Assembly (NCBI GenBank): GCA_051362555.1
Contig: CM120640.1
Location: 248,001 to 312,000, forward strand
DNA: 64,000 nucleotides
From: Lingula anatina
Taxonomy: Eukaryota > Animalia > Brachiopoda
Direction of reading: 5' to 3'
Shown piece after piece: positions 12,906-24,900 of this stretch (its first letter is position 1; each line of letters begins with the position of its first letter). A program made the translations under genes and the position numbers. Under the pieces are notes generated by a model, which saw only the letters and a list, made by a program, of their open reading frames with translations, was not told where the DNA came from and made no database searches.

Positions 12906-15900
12906 ATGGATGCGGCTGCAGCCGTGCAGGCAACGCAGCCGTCAAATCACGGAGCTGCTGTGTTTGAAACTACCAAGACTGTCAACGCACATGCATCCAA
13001 TCAAGTGAATAATAATATTGCGGCCGGTATGATCACGTTTTATGTCATTTTGTATTATTGTTGTGTGATTTCAATATTACTGCATAAACGCCTGCTGAAC
13101 CCTTTGCTAACAATGAAAAGGTTTCAGAGCAGTTGTACAATTTTCTCTGAGAGCCCCTAAGTCTTACTGGACGCCTGGTCTGTTGTGAATCAGTATGTCC
13201 TCTATAAATGAAATGGTTGACTGAGCGTTCAAAACTGTAGCACCTTGCACTTATCATCTGAAAATGACTGGCAAAATAGTGGTCATTTTTTATTGCAAGT
13301 TTCTGTTGTCCTGGAGAAGATGTTCTTGGGTGCCATTTAGTCAAGGAAAGAAGCAGTTGCAACCCTGCATATAATTCCTGATAGCCAATACTTTTTATCT
13401 TAGGTCAAATACCTCAGATATATCTGTAAGACCATATAGTGCAGCCTCCCCAATATATTACAATGTAATGGACAGAGGGGGATAACATGTTTAAATACTC
13501 CTCAGATATATCTATAAGACCACATAGTGCAAACCCTCCCCCCCCCCCCCCCCAAATACATAAGTGTAAGAGTGTAATGGACAGAGGGGGGTAACACGTT
13601 TAAATACACCTCAGTTTTATATCAGGCTAAATTGCGCAATACGCTGCAACACAGCGCAATACACTTGAAAAAACGAGTCCAGTCACATGTAAACACAGGA
13701 AAATGTCATTCCAAACAAAATAGGCTGATATGAGAGCGAAATATAGTAATAAATAATTAAAAGCCTTGATAAAACTGAACAAATTTGCACATTTTGTTTA
13801 TTGTCAGGTCAGCCGCCATGTTGGTTAGTGGCTCTTCTTTGCCGGTAATATTGTTAAGAAGCGCCACAAGCCAACTTAGCTGCCGACCTGACGATATTAG
13901 AAGTAGCGCCGATGTGTTAGTTATATCAATGACATCAATAATCTAGTAAAATATTTTGCTTTTATATCATCTTATTTTGATGAGAATTGCCGTTTTCTGT
14001 GTTTACTTGTGACTGGACTTGTTATTTCAAGTGTATTACGGCGTATTGCGTAATTTAGCCAGGCCGGTTTTATATCTGTAAGACCACATAGTGTACCCTC
14101 CCCCCCCCCAATATATTACAGTGTATTGGACAGAGGGGGTAACATGTCTAAATACACCTCAGATATATCTGTAAGACCACATAGTGCAACCTTCCCAATA
14201 TATAACAGTGTAATGGACAGAGGGGGATAACATGTCTAAATACACCTCAGATATATCTGTAAGACCACATAGTGCAACCTTCCCAATATATAACAGTGTA
14301 ATGGACAGAGGGGGATAACATGTCTAAATACACCTCAGATATGGATGTGACTGAAATGTGCAATACACTGCAATACAGCGCAACACAGCGCAATACACTT
14401 GATAACACAAGTCCAGTTGCAAGTAAACACAGGAAAGGGTAATCTCAAATAAAATAGGGTGATATAAAAGCAAAATATAGTACATAGTTATTATTATTGC
14501 TGATACAACTTGACAATTTTCTCCTTGTTTGGTCAGCCTCCATGTTGGCGAGTAGCTCTTCTTGGCCAGTAATATATCCAAGAAGAGCCACTCGCCAACA
14601 TGGCTGCCAACCGGACAATATAAAAGTCTTGCTGATTTGTTAAGTTATATCAACGATATTACTTACCTAGTAATATAGGTTGTTTTTATATCACCCTACT
14701 TTGCTGGGGATGGTCATTTCTTTAGTGTAATTGCAACTGGATTTGATTTTTGAAGTGTATTGCACTGTGTTGCGCTGTATTGCGCATTTCAGTCACACCG
14801 CTCAGATATATCTGTAAGACCACATTGTGCACCTCCCTCCTATAAACAACAGTCTGTGAGGATAGACAAATATAAAAAAAACTTGTAGTCTTGAAATTAG
14901 CATCCCCTGTTGTGAGTGGCTATCTGGGCCCATTTTTACCTTGATGCTATTGGCCTTAGTTCAAAAGATAGTACAAAAAACTTAGAGGAGATGTTTTTGT
15001 TAAAAAAATATTGCTAAGTATATGCTTGATGGTAATGAAAGTAAGTAAATACTAAATCACTTGGACTGTTTTCAACTTAATTTGGTTCACATTTGAGAAA
15101 AAAAGACTCCCAACATCAAAACACAAAATATATGCTAATTCAGTTTGATAAAATACCTGTTGCTGATGTAATCAAAGAGCAACTCAGTGTAATATGTAGA
15201 AATCAGCTCACTGTTAGGAACAGCTGTTGCGTGAGCAGTACATTCAATACATAAGAATATCTCTCAGTGTTGTGTGTAAAAATCATCTCACTATGTCAGC
15301 TGTTGCGTGAGCAATACATCCAATGCATATGTATTCTGGTATTTGATGATGTTTTTATGTCAGTGGTATCTTTGTCTGAATGCATTCATTGCTTTCAGAA
15401 TCCAAGTTTCAGGTAACAGATGGTGTGATTGTTAAACATTTTGTACAATATATTCTACACTAATACGAGATCACCAGGGAAAGAATATCATGAGGAGAAA
15501 TACAGAGCATTTTAACTGCTGATCTGCACTGAAGGCCAATATCCATTGCCCTTTTTCCTGTTTAAATAAGATCTTTTGTAATTTAGAATATTGGCTTTAT
15601 AAAGCACCACATACAAAGTTGTTCTGGTAGATATAGCCTGGCCTCTTGATTTGCTGTTTGCAATTAAGGGGTACAGTAGATCTTCCACTCTCTCTCTTCT
15701 TCTGTTAAATGTTTATGTAAACATCTGATACACATATCATAATTCAGGTTGAAAGGTACGCTAAGGAGTCCCCATCAATTGGAGATGTAGTATTTCTCAT
15801 ATGCATGCCTGTAGAAGAATAAGGTATTTTATTCAGTCCAGTATCTGAATCAAATATAATGAAGTAGTTTTAATGAGCAGAGGATGACAGGATATATATA

Positions 15901-18900
15901 TATCTGCAAATTGCTGTCAATGTTTAAGCTGGTAGTTGATATCAGGCTCTTGATGATATAAAAAGTCCCCAAATCTAAATTTTTTCCCAGTTGCTCTCTG
16001 TTGATGTTAGTCCAGGCTCCGACTGCTGTTAATTTATTGGATATGAAACAGTAATAGTAGAACCCCAGCAGGAGGGAATGAAAGGACTTGAACAGAACCA
16101 CATTGAATATTGGAAAAGTTCATTACTCACTGTCACCTAGACGCTAAAGTCAACTAGGCTAAGGTGACTATTTGATACAGCTAACTTAAACAGGATTTGG
16201 AAGTTGATTTTCATTTTACATCTGTAACTGATGTTTTAAATTAAGATGAATATAGGATGAAAGGAAATTGAGATCTTTTTACATACACTCAGACTGTAGA
16301 ATTATAGATAAAAAAATGTTGTTCCAGTATATCTACTCCTATTAATTTTCCAAGTAATGGAAGACAGTAAAAACAGCATTCTAATTAGTTTTGCATATGA
16401 ACTATATAATGTACAGTACTAAAAACTATAAAATAGATGTATATCTGTCCCCTAAGTACACATGTACTTCAGCAACCTGGCTGTTTGATGTGTGTAGAAG
16501 TTTTGCCTTCACCTTGTAAAGTTAACATTATTTGCTGATCATGCAGGTTTTCACCATGTCACATTAGTTAGTATTGTCCATAGCAAACTGTCAGCAGATT
16601 TTATATAATGTCACCCTAGTTGGTTTACAGTTTATCCCATAGTAAAGAAACACTATAGTTTGGCCATAGGAAACACAGTCTCTGTGGTTTTAGAATGTGT
16701 TTGTTTAGTTTGATCCTTGTGGTTTGATAGGTTTCTTGGTGACAATAAGTTCCCATTTGACACATTGGTTTGGACCTGTTTTATGATGATTTCCACAAAG
16801 CAAGTCTCTGTGTGGTTTATGTGGGGAGGTTGTAATGAAAGTCAATATGGTCTGGTTCAAGCTATAATGGCAGGCAGTGTGGTTGGAAAGTCTTTTTATA
16901 TTCCTGTGCCGTGGGAGCAATAAGGACATCCGATTCAGTGGTACTGACAACATAATTAATGACTACAAGCTATGTTCTATGGTCTATAGTGGATCACAGT
17001 GACATATACTCCATGACTTGGATTTTACTGGCAGGTGTCATGGATACTTTATGAAATTATTCCCATGTGTTCATACTACCAGCTCACTGGGGTTGTTTTA
17101 ATGGTTTGGAGAAATGATGACAGAGATTTGTACCAAGAGAAAGATGTTTGACAATGTGCCATGCTATGTATTGTGCACATCTCTATTAGCTGGATAACTG
17201 ATCTGGTCACGTAAGATTCTGGAAAATACATGAAAATACATTCTACTGTTGGCAGGTAATAGGAAACCAACTTTAAATGTTGCTTGTGAAAACAGAGTTA
17301 AATCCTATAATTTATCATTTGTGCTTGAAATGTGATATTGCCAACGGGCTGTATTTTTTGCACAAAAGCACATACTAGTATCAAAGTCAGAGCATTTACA
17401 GATTCTGGAAACAAAATTAATTTTTATTGTGATAGAAGACATCTGATGCCCTTTCAGCTGAATTAGATATTAATTATGAAGCTGTTTGTGGTAATAAATA
17501 ATCAAGAGGGAAGTAACAGCAGTGTACTACCATCTGTCCCTTAATATGTTCAACGGTATCAACAAAAATTCCATCCAAGGTTACATAGTAAAAAACCTTT
17601 GTTATCATGGCAAGAAAATATTATGGTTTTGGTAAATTAATGCTTTTTTGCCCTTAAAAGATGAAAATTGACTGTAATAGAATTTGTACAAATAGACTGC
17701 CATGGAATTGAGTGTTGTTAAAGATGCATACAAAGTCAATTTTTTGTCACAAAAACCAATCAAATGCCAGCATATAGTTTCATGTAGTATAACTTGAATT
17801 ACCAAATTACCAAAAGGCATTGTTTAATTTTACCCGAAAATGATGTTTGAACAGATTTTTCTGCTAGCATTCTATGCTGTATGTCAATAGGGCAGAAAAG
17901 TAGGTCACGAAAGTAGGTTAAATTATCGACCAAAATTTTAAAGAAAGGAGCAGTCTAAAACTCTTTTATGGCTGATCGAGTGATCTATTCAGTTTATCCC
18001 TTGGCATGTCGAATTTATTTGAGTCGTATAAGATACTAGTAGAAGTGGTTTACATGTGTTACTGGGAATCCACGCTCCACCGATGCTCGGTTCGTATGTA
18101 CCTTTAAACATTCATCTTTTTTAACTATTTACATAAAAGCTACAGCTTACAGCTAAAAACCTCCAAAAACTGTCTCATAACACTTTCATTAGTGCTATTT
18201 AATAAGCTGATGTCATTCAAATATTTGTGGAAGCATTAAGTGGAATTTAGTGAGAGGTTGTTAAATAAATGTTCATTATTAAAAATTACTTAAAGTGGTA
18301 ATTTTGTCTGAGTGTTTTTACATAGGTATCAGTGCTTGCCTGTGACAGTGATGGAGTGACTCGTCTGCAGTGCCTAAATCAATAGTATTCACTCAGTAAT
18401 TAGGTTAGTATAAGTTTAGATGATGCTTCGCTCAAAATGTGAAGTTAACAAAGGATGTTCACAAGCTCACCAAGGAAATCACAGTGGACTCTTTTTTTCC
18501 ACTGGTATTGAATGGATTCCTTCATAAGTTGTATTATTTTTTGTATTCATTATCAGGCTTAACCTGTAGCACCACAATCATATTGATCAGTCATTATACT
18601 CCTTTTTTTTCTTGTAAGCAATAAATAACCTTGGAATGGTGTAGAATCAAGTTTAATGTGTCCATTTTAAGTACAGCAGTGCAGTGAAACCTCAAAGTTG
18701 TGGTGGGATGGACTGATATCTGTTCTCTTACCTCAACTGGCATGTGTATCAGTGTTAAAAAGCCACAAAAACCACAGCAATTCATAGGCTTTGGTAGGCA
18801 TGAGAGAGAAGATAGATCAGGCTGTGACAGGGTAGAGAGATACAGTAATAGAGCTGTCAGCCACTTTCTTTGTCTGAAGTTCTTAGGAGGAATGCTGATG

Positions 18901-21900
18901 ATTTTTATGCCGTCTCATAATGAAATTGATGGCACAACTTAACTGTTGTTTTTCAACACAATATTAAGTTATAAAACTAAGCATGAAGCTAAATTTTGAA
19001 ATAGAGTAAAGTCCTCATAAAATCAAATAATCCTTTGATATAGCATCTGTCAGTAAAAGGAATTATGCCATTGTAAATATTTCAGTTTAGATTTGTCAGC
19101 ATGAACACCCCTTTTGATAAACAATGGATTATCCACATTCACTGTGCTCTGAATATAAAACTACACATTAGGAACATAATGCTGTTTTTGTGAAAGTACC
19201 CTTAATATTCATTCAATTGTTCTGTGCCAAATGATTTTCTTCTGTAATCTCAAATAGCCTCTCTTGTTTACTTAGAGGTGTTTTAAATGCATCATATGAA
19301 GTGGAAATTTATTCATAATTCTGCATAATCATCAATAACATGCAAATTGCCATGTTTTTGTACTGTAAACTACAGTCCCAGCTGGAGCAACTAGTCTCTC
19401 TCTTTCAGGCATTGCTGGTCTTCATATCTATTACTAGTCTATCGATTAGTTGTTAGTCGTTTATTCTGCCCTCTGCTGTCACTGGTGTATCATATCATTG
19501 TCACTGATTTGGAGTTTGCTTGGATTAAGTAAAGTAGCAGTATCTTTCACATTAGGAATTCAGTCTTCCACATGAAAAAACTAATTAAGGAAACAAAAAA
19601 CTGTAAATCAATAAATTATTTAAGGGTGTAAGGTAGCTCTTTACAATTATTCTTTCATTTAAGTACAAAGTAAACTATAGTGAATTTTGTTTGGATGTGA
19701 AAAGGGCTAGAAACATTGGTGGAAGCGCCTGCTTATTTTGTCTTTGGGAGAAATTTAAATGGGCACCTACCACTTATGAGGCAGTGTGCGGGCTCAGCTG
19801 TATCATTCATAACTCTGTGAACATTCCAAGCTTGATTTCTTTTACTAACCATGTATGGCAAGGTTTGTAGGAGGACAATTGATGCAACCAGGCATAAACT
19901 TGCATGTGGTCCTGATAAGGGCTACATGCCTGGGTGCTTTTATGTAGCATTTGTAAATTGGGACAGTTGTATAAGTTATCTTTTTTTTTTTTTTTTTTAA
20001 ACCTTACAGGGCAAGAGTTAAAGTAAGAAGGTATGTATTTCTTTTAAATACTGATTTAACATTATTAGTATTTTCAGTTAAGTATTGAAGTGTTTGGTAA
20101 CATTTTATTGTTGTTTGTTCAAAACTCAACATCCAAAAAGGAAAAAAAATGATTTATTTATGTAATTCTTAAATTTTCATAACCCTTGACTGCAGAGTAG
20201 GTAGCAGTTTAGTGGTGTGGTCCATTAGTAAAAGTATAATTAGAAACTGAAGAAAAAAGTCTTGAAATTAGATTTTTAGGTATATTTTTACAATGCATAC
20301 TGGTGTCAAATATAACGTGGACCTAATGGGTTCATGACCACACTCAGTTTTGATAGTTTTACCGTCTTAGTAATGGATGACTGGAAGTTGATCTTTCCTT
20401 TTCATTACCCAAAGTTAATCATCTTTTTTATTTGTCAAAATATGGTGTATGCAGTGGTTTGGAACAAAGTTTTACTGTGTAGGGTGAATGGCATTACGCA
20501 AAGCCATCCTGAGATTTAAAGTCAGCCTTAGACCCCATTCTCACAGATTTTAGATTGATCTATCCCTATGAGGAGTCTCACTAGATTACTTTCAGCTTAG
20601 CTGGCTTAAATGTCTGTCCCGCCTACTAAAAGCTATAAGGGGGTAATTAACTACCGTGCATGCTCCACTGACACCAATTTAGCGTGAACCCCCAGGGAGT
20701 TAGGGCGATCTAGTAAGATCGATCTAAATCTCTGGGAATGTGCTCTTAGTCTCAAATAACCCATGAAGTCATCTTTTCTGGTTATGAATGTGATGATTGT
20801 AGATATCAGACTCAAAATACAAGATGCCTTTAGTATTTTGTCTGGAGATTGAGGTAAAGAATTAATAGAAAGTGTTCATGAGAAACCTTTAAACTTGAGA
20901 AACCTTTAAACTTGTTTTCTATCCTAACCAGTCAATTTGTATATCTTAAACTATTTTACAGTCCATATATCACAATCACAAAAAAATATTATCGCAAGTC
21001 CAAAACCTAGGTTTATATTTAACCTTGGTTTTTTATTGCTGATTTATTCAACTGTACACCAGAACAATCTTTCACTGAAAACTGAAAAAAAAACTTGTTT
21101 TACTATTTACATACATGTATATTACAAAGTTAACTATTTCTAGTGCTGGTGGTATTGTTTGGATTAGGTTTAGCTTCTCCATCATTGATGTACTGCTACA
21201 ATGATAATACAGACCTCTGTTGTGTCCATTTTCAGTGCATTTGTGAAAAGATTCAAAAGCTCTCAAATGTGTTTACCTCCAATTGCATTCATACTGAATT
21301 CTATTAAGATTTTTTAGAAGTACTTTAAATTGGACCTATTCAAGCTATAGGAGTTCCATACAAAGGAGGCTGAGGTCATGGCACCTTGAGGACATTGCCT
21401 GGTGTGGTCCAGTAGTGTTTTGGCTGTACTCTATAGTTCAGTGAGGACATTGCCTGGCCCCCGTTTCACAAAAAAACTTAAGTCGGTTTCCCTGACTTAG
21501 GGCTTGGTTACCAACGTAATTAAGTCCTTACGTCACTAAGTCCCGTTTCACAAAGAATCTAAAAGGTCGCTTGCGTCATTTTTTTCTTAGCTGTAAGTCC
21601 AGTAGTGTTTTGGCTGTACTCTATAGTTCAGTGAGGACATTGCCTGGTGTGGTCCAGTAGTGTTTTGGCTGTACTCTATAGTTCAGTGAGGACATTGCCT
21701 GGTGTGGTCCACTGGTGTTCTGGCTGCCCAATACACTACAGTTCAGTGAGGACATTACCTTCTCTCTAAATTGCTTTCAGCTTAAGCAGCTTCAGTAGGC
21801 GTGACAGACATCTAAGCTGCTTAAGTTAATTGCAATTTATCAAGAATCCCCTTGGAGATAGATCGATCCAAAGCTAGTACAATAGGGTCTGCAAATGGTA

Positions 21901-24900
21901 CCTGTAACAGTTGTTAACTAGTGTACCACTGGTTAAATGCAGCAGAAGTTGAAGAAAAGAAGGAAGGCTTATTATAAGATCTGTATTACCCACCTTCCTC
22001 TATATCTTTCTGATCTGCTGACCAGTGTGTTGGTAATTATTAGGAGTTAGGGTGTATTCCCAGAGCTTTTAGATCGATCTATCCCTGCGGGGAGTCAGAT
22101 AATCCATCTTAAATGTTGTCCCGCCTACTACAAGCTATAAGGGGGTAATTAACATTCGTACCCACTCGGCTGACAGCTATTTAACGTGAACCCCCAGGGA
22201 GTTAGGTCGATCTAAAGTAGATCGATCTAATCTCTGGGAATGGGGTCTTAAAATAGAGGGAAAACAGGTTGGATTCAGGGATTAACTCAGGATTTGGGCT
22301 ACAGGGAGTCCAAAAGGTGAATCTTTAATTTGGTCATCGATTTACAGAGAGTCCTACCAGGCAAGCCCAACAAACCAACTTGCATTTCCCCAAAATTTTG
22401 TAAGCCATTAGTCATCTCTTGAAATAAAGGCTGACTTTTGAGATCACTGGCTGTCCAAGGGATGGCTGGATGCTCTCTTGGGGAAATGTTGGCTGGATTG
22501 TATATATGTTTATGTATAAACCTATGTATTTTATTTTTGTTCATGTTATGGTAACATTTATTGTACACATCCTGTTTAAGTTGTCTTTGAATTAACAAAA
22601 GCTCCACTATAAGAATAGACAGAGATAAAACATCTTGGGTTTTTTTGTTTTGGCCAGTTCATGCATTTCTTCTCTTCATAATAGTGTTTTTGATCTAAAT
22701 TGCTCTATTATTTTCTCAGAATTTCACAGTAATGTATATTCTGTTAGTGACACAAAAATCAATACTCTTGTGGTTCTGTTGAATAGCACAGGATATGATT
22801 TTCAGAGAATTTTTTTCCATGTCAAGGTCTGATAATGGATTTGGTTTGCATTCTATTTGTAATGAAGGCTTTTAAGAGGAAATCATACTCTTTTCTCAAG
22901 ATTGATATTGGCATTCTTTGGTCTATAAGATAGTTACATAGAGTTCTTTTGCATAACAGGCTTCTGACAATTGCTGTTAGTGAAGTTACAGTTGCAAGTG
23001 TCTCTGGATTTTCAAGTTTTTCTATCAGAGGTAAATAAAAGCCTACTTTCTTGGCATCCTGTTCACACAGTGGTATCCCTGCTGTGGCAGAAGTGACAAC
23101 TTCAAGGCATCAGTCCAGTAAGCCTGATATTTTCATTTCTTTTGCCCAAGATGATGGATTACTAGATAAAGTGGTGTTTGGCTAATCTCATTAATTAGGC
23201 AAAGAAAAAGTAGCATTGGTTACAGGAATTAGATTTGAATATCAGTTCTGGTAGAACATCTTGTGATTTATATTGCTGTGCTTTTTTTCTGCATCTTTAA
23301 TCTAAGAATTTTTTCATGGCATTTTATGCAGGAAAGCATCTGGTAGTAAGAGGGTTTTTTTTTTTTACTTATATTGTCACAGGTAGGTTTTAACTGTATC
23401 AGAGAACTGACTTCTATCGCACACGGTAAAGTTCTGTTCATATTGCCTGGTACCTGGGACTCCAGTATTATCTGTGTTGTGATCACCATAAGTGAAGCAG
23501 GTGCTTTCTTCTTCAACACATCATTTTATCTCTAGACCACAGAAGGTGTAAGAACAGGAAATGTGTGGTAAAGATAACAGGGAATCAACTGGAAAATGTA
23601 TCATTTGGAGTTCAGTAATGGAGACTGCTGTAGAGTTTCATTTGCCATTTGTTCATAAACAAGTATATTCTTTTGCCAAGAGCTATGTGAAATATATGGT
23701 AAAAGATCAGACTGATTAGGAGTGTTGTTACTGCCTGATGCATTATCAAATAACACTTGAAAATATGTTCATACAGCTCTGGATCACAAATTATGAATTG
23801 AAATGGTTAACTTGTACACCTTTTCAATTCACAATTTACAATATTTAGAAAAGCAATGTCAGCATATTTCATTGATGGAAGTATGCTTTGGTTTTCTACA
23901 ATGTGGAGGAAATGTCAGTAGAAAAAGAGATTTGGCAATATGTGCACTGTTCAAAGCTTGCCGCCATTCTCAGTTTGCACCAAAAAAATTACGATAGAAT
24001 ATGCATAGTGTTAACATAGGCCTCATAAACACTGCTTGTGGCAAGTAATTTTATATTGGGGTATCTCAGTTAATTCAATTCATATTTACAATAAGGTGAC
24101 CCTTAGTAACAACTATGTTAATATATACATTTACAATGACATTCAGTTACAACTGTGTTATGTACCTTAAAAATAAGGTAACGCTCAGTAACAAGTTGAT
24201 AACATTATCTGGTGAATGCAGTATTGTATTAGTCCAGCACATGGATGAGCCTGTAGTGTATTTATCAGCATAAGCTCAGCAGAGATCCTGGTAGGGCCAG
24301 GTTTTTTCCTCTCTAATTGTGCTTAAAGCTAACATCAGGATATCATGATAACAGAGACATTCCTGCAGGTGCTTGATTTATGTACTTTTATGAACTGTGG
24401 TAGATTGCTGTCTATTACCCCGTTCACACTACGCTCAGTTATCCGGATAAGTTGCGAATTAGGTCACAATTCGAATAAATGCAGTAGTGTGAACGCAAGA
24501 GGATTTTGAAAATGCGCATTTTCAAAATCCTGCAAGCGAGGTGGATTTCTAAGCGTGATCCGGATAACTTACCGGAATCGACACCTGTACAGATCTTACT
24601 GCGCATGTGTGCAGATAAGTGCGGGTATCTATGAACGCTGGTTTATTACTTTAGCGATTGCACCAAACGTATTTGGAGGTCACCACTCACTACAACATGA
24701 GGAAACAAACTTATTTTGCCACCTTATACTTCTCAAGAATGCTGAAATGTCTTTTGAGTTGCATTTGTCGTCACAAATTTTTGTTGATATTTTAAGATTT
24801 CCTGTGCGGCGCATGCGCGAGTATTCAAAACAGGAAGTTAAACCTGAAATTTTCAACGTGGGATTCGGATTCGCTTAGCGAGTGTGAACGCAATACCGAA

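Larger units (their letters stand above)
13408..14840. repeat. 88-bp minisatellite (about 6 units) interrupted by two fold-back MITEs
   Basis: Unit ctcagatatatctgtaagaccacatagtgc...ggacagagggggataacatgtctaaatacac; unit starts at 14158, 14246 and 14334 give period 88. Confidence 0.9.

Noticed and set aside
21387-21760. CRISPR-like repeat and spacer appearance (also 13408-14840)
   Set aside because: Units are contiguous tandem repeats without unique spacers, the interruptions are TE insertions, the context is eukaryotic, and there are no cas genes.
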